A stretch of 64,000 bases of DNA from Nitrospirota bacterium. Its GTDB lineage: Bacteria > Nitrospirota > Nitrospiria > Nitrospirales > Nitrospiraceae. Made by a program: the position numbers and the translations under genes. Location: contig CAVPBK010000006.1 of assembly GCA_963701855.1 (NCBI GenBank), positions 256,001 through 320,000 on the forward strand, read 5' to 3'. The stretch's first letter is position 1, and every line of letters begins with the position of its first letter. The notes beneath the pieces were generated by a model, which did not search any database, was not told the DNA's origin, and saw nothing but the letters and a program-made list of their open reading frames with translations. Of this stretch, positions 48,346 through 57,000 are shown in pieces.

Positions 48346-49992
48346 TCAATCAGGAACAAACCGGCTCATCAGGGGATTGACCGATTGGGTGAAATCGGCC
48401 AGTACCCTGTCGGCTTCTTCTTCGTCATGCCCCGGCTGGACCGAAGCCGTTAATCGAATCAAGGCGCCGTCCGTCCGTTGCTTCGCCAGGGCATCCCAGA
48501 AGAGAAAGAACTTCACGAGATACTCATTTGCCAGCGCCCGATCCCGTTGCTTAAACCAGTAGTAGACAATTTGCTTCATGTCTGCCTTTTGAATGACCAA
48601 TCGATTGACGCGCAAGGACATCGTTACGGCATCGTTCGCCGGCACCTCCATCGTCCGCAAGGAGGTAATCTCCCATCCACCGCCAGGAATGCAGGTTCGC
48701 GGTGAATGGGCCGACTGCCCTTTGCGCTGCGAGCCATAATAGGCCACATAGAAGTTCACAGGAGCACCTTCAGCCGCGTGATAATCAGCCAGCAAATAGT
48801 CGTCAAATCGCAAGGCTTCGATATATTCCTTTTCCAACGGAAACGTGCTTCCCTGCCATTGTTGAACCTGCATGGGAAAACTGAGGAGAGCCTGCCGCGC
48901 CGGCACGATTTCATCACGAGAGATGATGTACGGCGACGCGACGGCGAGGCACACCAACAGACCCACCGAACAGAAGAACGGCGCCGGCAACGTTCCGGCA
49001 GGAGAAGATGATCGAACCACGCCAGGCTGGGAGACAGTGTCGGAATCGGACGGCAGACGCAGCAGATCGGAAAACGATTGTCGCTCACTGCCGGATCCTA
49101 TTCTCGAAAGTCCCCACATTACGAGGGCAAGAATGGCCAGACTCATGAGGAAGATAACCCACCCTTCGAAGAGGTGGAGAAATCCATCGGCAGCTCCTGC
49201 CCCGAAGTACTCGACCAGCACTCCGATGACGCCGATGCGGAAGCCGTTCAAAACGATCGCTATCGGCATGCTGGACAAAAACACCACGGCACGCTTCCAC
49301 ATCGGCCCCTGGAACAAGTAGGCGCAAAGCAGCGCCAGCGACATCAGAGGGAATAGGTATCGCAGGCCGCTGCAGGCCTCCACGACTTGCAATTGGATCG
49401 GGCCGAGATCGATCACGTTCCCCTCACGGAACGCCGTGACGCCGATGACTTGCAGGCACCCAACCCCCAACGCGGACGAAATCAACTGCAATTGGCCGGA
49501 GAGCCCTTGCAAGAGGAATTGTGGCAGTGGAATCATGGTGAGGAGGTACAGCAGAGGAAAACTCAGCTCCCGAAGGATTTTCCCTCCGAGGGCGGCCCAG
49601 CAAAGGCCCACCACAACAAGCCAGAACGACAGCTGCAGGAGAGGGGCAAGGGTGCCCAGTTCACCCATAACGTATAATGCGAGACCCGCCAGAATGAGCG
49701 ACAGGCCCCACCAGGATCCCTGTGACTCAAGCGCCCGGATCTTGGCTCGCTTCATCCAGATCAAGAACAGCGAGATGACGGGCACAAAGAACCCATGACC
49801 ATAATTTTCATCATCCACCCACACGCTGACCATGACCGCGAGTGCGTCGTAATAAATCACTCCCAACAGCGCGGCGCAGAGAACCCCACCCACCCACCAG
49901 TTTCTGTGCCACCAGCCGGACGCGATCGACGGCGTGTCGCCAACCAGCGGCGAGCCGACTTTCGGAGCCATATCGATTCGGGAAAAGTTCAT
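48346..49992 (-). CDS. Exosortase fused to an EpsI domain (XrtD-like)
   Basis: YGHGFFVP, VVEACSGLRY (Cys), NGFRI (Arg), LHLFEG (His); EpsI motifs HSPRTCIPGGGW and RTDGALIR. Confidence 0.88.
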   Translation of the reverse strand: MNFSRIDMAPKVGSPLVGDTPSIASGWWHRNWWVGGVLCAALLGVIYYDALAVMVSVWVDDENYGHGFFVPVISLFLIWMKRAKIRALESQGSWWGLSLILAGLALYVMGELGTLAPLLQLSFWLVVVGLCWAALGGKILRELSFPLLYLLTMIPLPQFLLQGLSGQLQLISSALGVGCLQVIGVTAFREGNVIDLGPIQLQVVEACSGLRYLFPLMSLALLCAYLFQGPMWKRAVVFLSSMPIAIVLNGFRIGVIGVLVEYFGAGAADGFLHLFEGWVIFLMSLAILALVMWGLSRIGSGSERQSFSDLLRLPSDSDTVSQPGVVRSSSPAGTLPAPFFCSVGLLVCLAVASPYIISRDEIVPARQALLSFPMQVQQWQGSTFPLEKEYIEALRFDDYLLADYHAAEGAPVNFYVAYYGSQRKGQSAHSPRTCIPGGGWEITSLRTMEVPANDAVTMSLRVNRLVIQKADMKQIVYYWFKQRDRALANEYLVKFFLFWDALAKQRTDGALIRLTASVQPGHDEEEADRVLADFTQSVNPLMSRFVPD

Positions 49993-50722
49993 CCCATGAC
50001 TCGTTGTTTCAATATGTGAAACGCGAACCGCGGCAAGGCTGTTTGACGATGGAGGCGCTGGGGGTTGGTCACCAGCCGGTAGAACCACTCGAGGTGCACG
50101 GCTCGAAATGCAGCGGGAGCCCTCCGTACACGCCCGGCAATGACATCGAACGTGCCGCCGACGCCCTGGCATATCTTGACGTTCAACTGCGGCAGATACC
50201 GGTCGATCCAGTCTTCCTGTTTGGGACTGCCGAGTGCGACAAACAGAATATCGGCCTGCGACAAATTGATCTTGTCGATCAGATCCGGCATGTCTCCGTC
50301 CTTCAGAAAACCGTGCTGCGTGCCGGCGACCGTCAAACCCCTGTAGCGTTTCCGCAAGACTTGCGCGGCGCGCTCGTTGACATCAGGGGCGGCGCCGAAC
50401 AGGAACACACGGCGTCCGGTTTGCCCCGCCAGTTCGCAGAGTCGTGGCATCAACTCCGATCCGGGGACCCGCTGAAACGTCCCAATCCGAGAATCCGGGC
50501 GGCGATGACGACACCGATTCCGTCCGGAATAAGAACCCCCGCCCGCCTCAATTGATCTCGCAGGCGAACGTCATAGCGCGCCCGCATGACTTTTTCAGGA
50601 TTGACCGCCACGATACTATGGGCCACATTCCCAGCGAGCACCGAGGCGGCGAGATCGACCGTTCGATCCATGGTCAAACAATCGACTGGCACGCCGAGAA
50701 TCTCAATGCGTCTGGGTTCCAT
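49989..50722 (-). pseudogene. WecG/TagA/CpsF glycosyltransferase frameshifted near 50475 (or a sequencing error)
   Basis: VNPEK, IPDGIGVV in one frame; RVPGSELM, LGSPKQE, GVGGTFD, LEWFYRL in the next; one extra T restores the frame. Confidence 0.82.
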
Positions 50723-52643
50723 ACATCAACTTTCTCAGTGACGAAACAGCAGCCTGTCGCTCCGCCACGCCATGATCTCCTGTGACCAAACAGGTGACGA
50801 AGTCGTGCGGGAGCGCCCCCCGATAAGTCACGTGCAACACATCGATAGGAACTTTTGCCCCATACGACGAAGATCGCCAACCGAGGATCGGAGCTGTCTG
50901 CCCACGATGAACGGTAACCGCGCCCCCTTCGACCGTAAGACCGATTCGGGCTTCCGCTCCCTCGAGTACATATCCATTTCCATCCGCAACCGGCTTGAGA
51001 CCGAGATGCCAATTCAACTCAACCTCGTGGGTCCCGGATCCCGTCAATTGGTCAACGATCACCCACAAACCGGGGGATCGGTAGATGATGCCCCGCCAAT
51101 GAACGACGCCGTTTCGACCCAGATATCCGTCGTGCATGGCAATCAAGACCGTCTCACCGTCAGCGCGCTCTGCGCGGTACACCAGCCGGGAGTTGAAGGG
51201 AGAAGACCATTGAAAGGCCGTCTCCTGCACCGCCTGATCGAGCCCATCGACGACCACCGTATTGTGGGCGCTGGTTCCCCTGAAGTATTTCCGCCAATCC
51301 GGATCCCCCGAATAGATAAAGGTGCCGGTGTCGACCAAGACGTCCCGCCCCCCTGTTTGGAACAGGACCGATAGGGCATCGGCGTGCCCGTGCGCATAGC
51401 AGGGGGCCATTCCCAACGGGCCGTGATCCAGGATCAAACGAGCCGGGGAAACACCGACTGACTCCAGCACGGAATAGCCCGATTCCTCGAAGGTCGTCAG
51501 TCCAGGCGCACGAGAGGGTCTGACTGGAGAGAAATCGAGCACCGGACCGAGCGCGAATCCGCCGTCGCCGTCGCCGATCGAAGCGAGCCCGCCCGCCTCG
51601 TCGGTCATCGCCGAAAGAAATGTCCAGCTCTTGGTACAGGCGCGTTGCACCGCGTCAGAAATTCGTTCACCGTGCGCCTCAAGAAGCGCCATGACGAGAC
51701 CGTAGAGATCCGAGATAAACCGCAAATACCACACACCTTGCTCGATCCCCCCGCCGTCGGCTAAGACCTGGTGTGAGGATTCCGATTCCAACAACGTGAG
51801 CCCGGTCATGCGCCACTGCGCCGCGTGCGGCATCTCCGTAAAGAGCAAACCGGCATAGACCAGCGCGGTGGCCTCCGCGATCGTGTGGTTGCCCAACGAA
51901 GAATGCAGAGAAATCCGCTGCCGGATCAACTCCGCATGGCCTTGGACTAGCTGGACCACGGCCGGCCAGACCCGGTCGGGCTGCCGAATCCACGGACGGA
52001 CCTGGTCGAACGCATGGCAGACGGCAATGAGCCGGAGCCCGCATTCCATGGCCGAGACATAATGTACCCCAGTGAGATTGGGATTGGCGTCGATCCAGGA
52101 CAGAAATTGCGCTTCCATCGCACCGACCGCCCGCTCCCGAAGGGAGACATCACCCTGCACAGCGATCCGCGAGAGCACCACCAGCTGTTGAAGGCGAGAC
52201 GGCTCCCATACCCGACGGACATCGCCGTAAGGGTTGCCCTCGCGATACGGAATAGAACCGAAAAATCTCCGCGGCCAGGTCCGCCCCGTGTCGGGAGCCC
52301 GGTGCCATACGTCGGGATCCTGAGTCCAGGACCAATTCCAGTGGTCTTCAGGCAACCCGCCGGCCAGCACCCTGGCGCTCATCGCCTCATCAAGCTGCGG
52401 CTCGTAGAACCACACCGGCAACTGCGGCTCGCGCGCACAACAGTATCCATAGCAGTGGAAATCGAGCTGGTCCGCGTGCGTGGCCGTCAATCCGAGACGA
52501 TGCCGGAGGGAAAGGACGGCCAGCTCGTACTGTGAACCGACTCGTGACAGCACTTCGCCCGGCTGCATCACACTGAGCCGTCTGACATACCAGGCAAGCG
52601 CCCGTCCGGAAATCATGTTGGCCGATGTCCTTGTCGTCATCAT
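50703..52643 (-). CDS. Heparinase II/III-family protein
   Basis: WEPSRLQ, GNHTIAE, HGHADALS, LVDTGTFIY, FRGTSAHNT. Confidence 0.88.
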   Translation of the reverse strand: MMTTRTSANMISGRALAWYVRRLSVMQPGEVLSRVGSQYELAVLSLRHRLGLTATHADQLDFHCYGYCCAREPQLPVWFYEPQLDEAMSARVLAGGLPEDHWNWSWTQDPDVWHRAPDTGRTWPRRFFGSIPYREGNPYGDVRRVWEPSRLQQLVVLSRIAVQGDVSLRERAVGAMEAQFLSWIDANPNLTGVHYVSAMECGLRLIAVCHAFDQVRPWIRQPDRVWPAVVQLVQGHAELIRQRISLHSSLGNHTIAEATALVYAGLLFTEMPHAAQWRMTGLTLLESESSHQVLADGGGIEQGVWYLRFISDLYGLVMALLEAHGERISDAVQRACTKSWTFLSAMTDEAGGLASIGDGDGGFALGPVLDFSPVRPSRAPGLTTFEESGYSVLESVGVSPARLILDHGPLGMAPCYAHGHADALSVLFQTGGRDVLVDTGTFIYSGDPDWRKYFRGTSAHNTVVVDGLDQAVQETAFQWSSPFNSRLVYRAERADGETVLIAMHDGYLGRNGVVHWRGIIYRSPGLWVIVDQLTGSGTHEVELNWHLGLKPVADGNGYVLEGAEARIGLTVEGGAVTVHRGQTAPILGWRSSSYGAKVPIDVLHVTYRGALPHDFVTCLVTGDHGVAERQAAVSSLRKLMYGTQTH

Positions 52644-52646
52644 CGG

Positions 52647-52836
52647 CTAGGAGCCTGTCCGACATTGGCCTTCGCGACGAGGCGAAGGAGGCGCTGCCAG
52701 ATGCGAGGCCACAGGCCCGGAAAAACCGGAAGCGTATTCGCTGGAATACGTTGAGGATTTTTTCGAGCCGAGAACAACGCAGATGGTCGTGAATCATTCG
52801 CCGCAGTAGAATGGCCCATGTCGGACAGGCTCCTAG
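52647..52836. mobile_element. 190-bp MITE with perfect terminal inverted repeats, IS5-family-like ends
   Basis: CTAGGAGCCTGTCCGACAT (52647-52665) and its exact reverse complement (52818-52836); CTAG at both ends. Confidence 0.8.
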
Positions 52837-54983
52837 ACATCGTAGACCGCTCCGGTCTTCAACCCACCGACCGCCAAAAGACAGGCCCGCGTCACGGCAT
52901 AGATCTCGTCGAATCGTATGGCCGGCTCAGCACCCTGCGCCACACTTTCAGTGAACCGGCGCATTTCCTGTTCAAACCCCTTGTCGCGGACGCTGGTCTT
53001 GTACTTCGTCCTCTTCCCTTGGGCATAGAACTCAGTCACGGCAAAATCGTCCAGCGTGACGGCCTTACCGTCTCCGAAAGCCTCAAATCGTTCCTTGGCC
53101 AGACCGGTGTCTCCACCGGCGGTATAGACGACGGTGCCGATCGAACCGTCGTTGAAGGTGAGTGAAATCAGACTCTGGTCGTCCGCCATGCCGGAGGTAT
53201 GGCCGCCGATGCGCGCCGCATGAACCGAGATCGGCCGTCCCCCGCAAACGGCTTGCATGAAATCGACGAAATGGCAGGCCTCCCCGATAAGCCGCCCGCC
53301 GCCGACTTCAGGGTCCTGCACCCAATGAGTGGGCGGCAGAGGCCCGGCATTGACGCGATAGACCATGACCAAGGGGTTTCTTCGCCCCCGGAAGAACTCG
53401 ATGATCTTGGTTGCGTGCGAGGAGAATCGCCGGTTGAATCCAACCCACAGTTGCAAGCCGCGCGCTGCGGCATCTTCGTAGGACTGCGCAATCCGCTCGA
53501 GTTCGTCATGGGTCAGACAGAGCGGCTTTTCGACGAATACGTGTTTGCCGGCCTTCAACGCTTCGTCCACGATCTCGGCATGGGTATCGTGCCTCGTCCC
53601 TATGAGCACCGTATTGACTGCATCGTCGCGGAGCACGGAACGAAAATCGGTGGTGCAATAGGCCGCCTTGCACTTGTCTCCGACCATCTTGGCGGTGATG
53701 CCCGATCCTGTGCAGACCGCCGCGATCGTCACGCCGGACAGATTGGACAAGACCGGTAGCAACATATCCCGCACATGCTGACCCGCTCCGATCACGCCGA
53801 GCGTAACAGGTCCGGACGAACGAGCCTGCGCCAGATGACAGACCTGTAACCCGCGATCGCCAATTTCAGCGGAATAGGAAATGAGCAGGCCCAGCGAGGA
53901 AGCCGACCCGTCCGTCAGGCGTTGGTAGGCGACTTCAGCCTCTTCGATCGGATAGCGATCCGTGACGAGCTGCGCCACCTTTACGGAACCCTGTCGTAGC
54001 AGGTGGAGAAACGCCTCTATGTTCCGCTGCTCGGTCCACCGGACATACCCGAAAGGATAATCGCGACCCTGCTCTTCATACGAACGGTCGTATCGGCCCG
54101 GTCCGTAGGACATCGACAGGCGGAACTCCAGCTCTTTCTTGTAATAGGGCTCGCGAGGCAGCGTCATACCGACCGCGCCGACGACCACGACCCGTCCTTT
54201 CTGTCGAGCGATCTCACCAGCCGCCTCCACCGGTTCGTTCGACTTGGTACTGGCGGTAATGATGACGCCGTCGACGCCCTGTCCCTGACTGAAAGCCTTG
54301 GCTGCTTCGATCAGTTCTGACGCATCCGACACAACATCCGCGCCCAGTTCAGCAGCCAGTTCCCGTCTGGAACGGTCCAGGTCGGAACCCAACACCCGGC
54401 ATCCGGAGGCCTTGAGTAATTGCACCGTCAGTTGCCCGATCAATCCCAACCCGATCACAGCAACCCGGTCACCGAGCCGTGGCTCGGCCTGCCTCACCCC
54501 CTGCAATGCAATGGCGCCCAGCGTGACGAAGGAAGCATCGTCGAAGCTCACGCCGTCAGGAATCTTGACGCAGAGATGCTTCGGCACGGAGACGATCTCA
54601 GCGTGGGACGCATAATTCTGGCCCGCGCAGGCCACCCGATCGCCGACTGACAGTCCCGACACATCTCTCCCCATGGCCAGCACGACGCCTGCGCAACTGT
54701 AGCCGAGCGCAGCCGGGGTATCGAGCCGATCGAACACGCGATGGAGGGTCGCGAACACCCCATCTTTCTGCATAGCGGCAACAACTTTTCGGGCCATCTC
54801 CGGACGATCGAGCGCTTTGCCGAGCAGATTTTTTTGCGCAACTTGCACAGTGGAACGTTCAGTACCAGGACTGATCAGCGACACGCGATTGGCAACCAAC
54901 ACCTCGCAAGCAGACACAGTCGGGGCCGGAACGGACTCGACCTTGAGGACACCGGTCCTGAAGTTTTGGACGACTTGTTTCAT
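52833..54983 (-). CDS. Bi-domain oxidoreductase (Zn-type dehydrogenase + Gfo/Idh/MocA)
   Basis: SLISPGTE, LGYSCAG, GLGLIG, SYGPGRYD, RWTEQRN; VIGAG, FVEKP, GFNRRFS, GEACHFVD. Confidence 0.9.
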   Translation of the reverse strand: MKQVVQNFRTGVLKVESVPAPTVSACEVLVANRVSLISPGTERSTVQVAQKNLLGKALDRPEMARKVVAAMQKDGVFATLHRVFDRLDTPAALGYSCAGVVLAMGRDVSGLSVGDRVACAGQNYASHAEIVSVPKHLCVKIPDGVSFDDASFVTLGAIALQGVRQAEPRLGDRVAVIGLGLIGQLTVQLLKASGCRVLGSDLDRSRRELAAELGADVVSDASELIEAAKAFSQGQGVDGVIITASTKSNEPVEAAGEIARQKGRVVVVGAVGMTLPREPYYKKELEFRLSMSYGPGRYDRSYEEQGRDYPFGYVRWTEQRNIEAFLHLLRQGSVKVAQLVTDRYPIEEAEVAYQRLTDGSASSLGLLISYSAEIGDRGLQVCHLAQARSSGPVTLGVIGAGQHVRDMLLPVLSNLSGVTIAAVCTGSGITAKMVGDKCKAAYCTTDFRSVLRDDAVNTVLIGTRHDTHAEIVDEALKAGKHVFVEKPLCLTHDELERIAQSYEDAAARGLQLWVGFNRRFSSHATKIIEFFRGRRNPLVMVYRVNAGPLPPTHWVQDPEVGGGRLIGEACHFVDFMQAVCGGRPISVHAARIGGHTSGMADDQSLISLTFNDGSIGTVVYTAGGDTGLAKERFEAFGDGKAVTLDDFAVTEFYAQGKRTKYKTSVRDKGFEQEMRRFTESVAQGAEPAIRFDEIYAVTRACLLAVGGLKTGAVYDV

Positions 54984-55022
54984 CAAGAAGGCCTAACTGA
55001 TTTGTTCGTTTAGGGATGCAGA

Positions 55023-55089
55023 ATTCTAGCGCATGGGTGGTTGTCCCTGTGGTACGCAAAGGTCAAGATTGAGTTAACGAATTGTTAAA
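55023..55089 (-). promoter_or_regulatory. EPS operon promoter with an 11-bp-phased Pho-box-like array
   Basis: Minus strand TTTAACA, GTTAACT, CTTGACC, CGTACCA, GACAACC at exact 11-bp steps, then TAGAAT at 55028-55023. Confidence 0.5.
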
Positions 55090-55101
55090 ATGGAAGGGCC
55101 T

Positions 55102-55222
55102 ATTCAGGGGTTCAGACTGAAGTGGGTCAGGCTGAAGGTTGATCTGGTCTGTCTGGTCTATTCGGTCTGTTTCGTGTATTTGGTCGAATAAAATCAACCA
55201 GATAGACGAGATAGACCAGAGG
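55102..55222. repeat. Family-B left end fused to a 9-mer-periodic palindrome
   Basis: ttcaggggttcagactgaag...ggctgaagg, then gatctggtctgtctggtctattcggtctgtttcgtgtatttggtcg...accagatagacgagatagaccaga. Confidence 0.65.
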
Positions 55223-55504
55223 AGAAAATGGGGATGGATCGGCCGGATTATTAAAAGGGCAGTGGCAAAAAAACAACTGACGCATTTAACAGATTCCACC
55301 TTACCGACAGAGGGTCAGCATGACATCGGCAAAGCATCTCGCCAAGACCTGGCGGTCGAAATGCTCTAAGAGATAGCACCTGCCGCTTGCCCCAAGTTGC
55401 TGACACCTGGTGGGATCGCCAACCTTCTCTTCGAACCTCCAACCTGAACCTCAGCCTCAACCTCGCTTCACCCCTCGAACCTCGAACATCCAGAGCCTGA
55501 TGGA

Positions 55505-55909
55505 TCAATCCGTCGAGATCATTCTCAGAAAATCCGCCAGCCGCACGAGCGGAATTCCTTCGAACTCTTTGAGCGCCAAGAGGTGGCGGTCGCCTGTGAC
55601 AACCAGATCGGCCTGGGCCGACAACGCGCACTCAAGAATTCGGTTATCGGGCACATTCTCAAACACGGTCACTGTGCGAGCCGGACGTACAATGGTCGCC
55701 GCGCGGCTTATCTGCTTCAGTGCCGCCAAGACATCTCGTTCAGGCTGGTCGAATTTGGTTCGGAGGATGCGAGTGGTCTCGGTCAAAATAGGAACTGAGG
55801 TGTACAGATCAACCTTGCGGCGATGGGCAAGCAGGAGAGCCTCTTCCCCCTTACTGCCTGGAACGATGAATGCCGACACAAACACATTCGTATCGTAGAC
55901 CACCTTCAT
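55505..55909 (-). CDS. PIN-domain toxin (VapC-like)
   Basis: VVYDTNVFVSA, PDNRILECA, VVTGDRHLL. Confidence 0.88.
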   Translation of the reverse strand: MKVVYDTNVFVSAFIVPGSKGEEALLLAHRRKVDLYTSVPILTETTRILRTKFDQPERDVLAALKQISRAATIVRPARTVTVFENVPDNRILECALSAQADLVVTGDRHLLALKEFEGIPLVRLADFLRMISTD

Positions 55910-56154
55910 CAGCGGTCCTCAAACACGATCCGTTCGACCTCCTTCTCGGTCAGCGCGCCGGTCTTGCGAACCCGGCCAGCCATCTTACGCTGGAGCGCAA
56001 TAAACTCCTGCTCATCACGCTCCGCCTTATAGGTGCTCACCATGCGACGAAACAAGTCGCTTTTGGTGGTCCCTTCGCGCTCCGCGAGTTGCTCGTACTC
56101 CCTCGCAAGCGCTGGACTCACCGAAAATCCCAGTACCGCCGTCTTGCGCGCCAT
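55909..56154 (-). CDS. CopG/ribbon-helix-helix antitoxin
   Basis: VLGFSVSP...AEREGTTKSDLFRR; 1-nt overlap with the PIN gene; RBS AGGAGG. Confidence 0.8.
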   Translation of the reverse strand: MARKTAVLGFSVSPALAREYEQLAEREGTTKSDLFRRMVSTYKAERDEQEFIALQRKMAGRVRKTGALTEKEVERIVFEDR

Positions 56155-56242
56155 GGCAACCTCCTAGCAGTTTGTTGACAAACTAGATGACGGCACCGGA
56201 AGCGATACCACTTCTGGATCACTGACGGAAGCTGAATGGTCT

Positions 56243-56412
56243 GCAGGCTGTTCAGAAAGGCCAGACATCTCACCCCCCAACCCCGGCGCGCCAAGACGCG
56301 CCATTCCACAGCCAAGGCCGCAGCGAGCGAAGAGGCGATGCGTATTCTGTGCCGTACGTTGAGCCTCTGAGCGACGCGAGAACGCCGCTGACAGACTTTG
56401 TCAACAGCCTGC
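56243..56412. mobile_element. 170-bp MITE/REP-like element with terminal inverted repeats
   Basis: GCAGGCTGTTCAGAAAGGC versus reverse complement GCAGGCTGTTGACAAAGTC. Confidence 0.65.
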
Positions 56413-56466
56413 TAATTGTACAGTGTTAAACGCTACCACGCCCCAAGAGAACGGCAACCAGGGGGT

Positions 56467-56730
56467 TTAACCCGCATTATTCATCACGGTTCGGCGCGAA
56501 ATCGCTGAGCCGCGTCGCGAGAGCGGCGCGCGGAGCCCGGGGGACTGACACCCTTCCCCGCGTCGGCACGTGGTGTCTGTCCCGGTCCGGACGAGGACAG
56601 GCGCCAGGAAGAAAGGCACCAGTCCCCAACAGTACGTTGAGGGTTCGAGGGGCGAGCCCGCCGACCGAAGGCTCGTCGTAGCAGCGGATCGGCGATTGCA
56701 GCAGAAGTGTTCATGAATATTGCGGGCTAG
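56467..56730 (+). mobile_element. MITE-like element, family A copy 3 (TTAA...CTAG)
   Basis: TAACCCGCATTATTCAT versus reverse complement TAGCCCGCAATATTCAT (15/17). Confidence 0.65.
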
Positions 56731-56852
56731 ATGACATCGTGGCCTGCGGCCTTCAGCGGATCAACGGCGCCACCCCAGACGCAGGTATCGAGCAGAATTT
56801 TCACGAGGCGGATTCGAGAGGCAAAGGTATCTGCTCAGGTGGCAGGCTGAAG

Positions 56853-56950
56853 ACTGGTTGGTTTGGTTTATTTTGCTTGTTTGGTTCATCTGGTTGATTT
56901 CGTACAACCAAATAAACAAAAAGAACTAAACAAACAAGACAAACCAAAAC
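56853..56950. repeat. AT-rich 9-mer-periodic imperfect palindrome upstream of wecB
   Basis: tggtttggtttattttgcttgtttggttcatctggttg...caaccaaataaacaaaaagaactaaacaaacaagacaaacca. Confidence 0.65.
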
Positions 56951-57000
56951 TTGAGTCAAATGTAACAGGGCCACTGAACCGGCCATGCTACACTGCGCCC

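Noticed and set aside
52640..52840. 66-aa ORF as a genuine EPS gene
   Set aside because: It lies almost entirely within a MITE bounded by perfect inverted repeats
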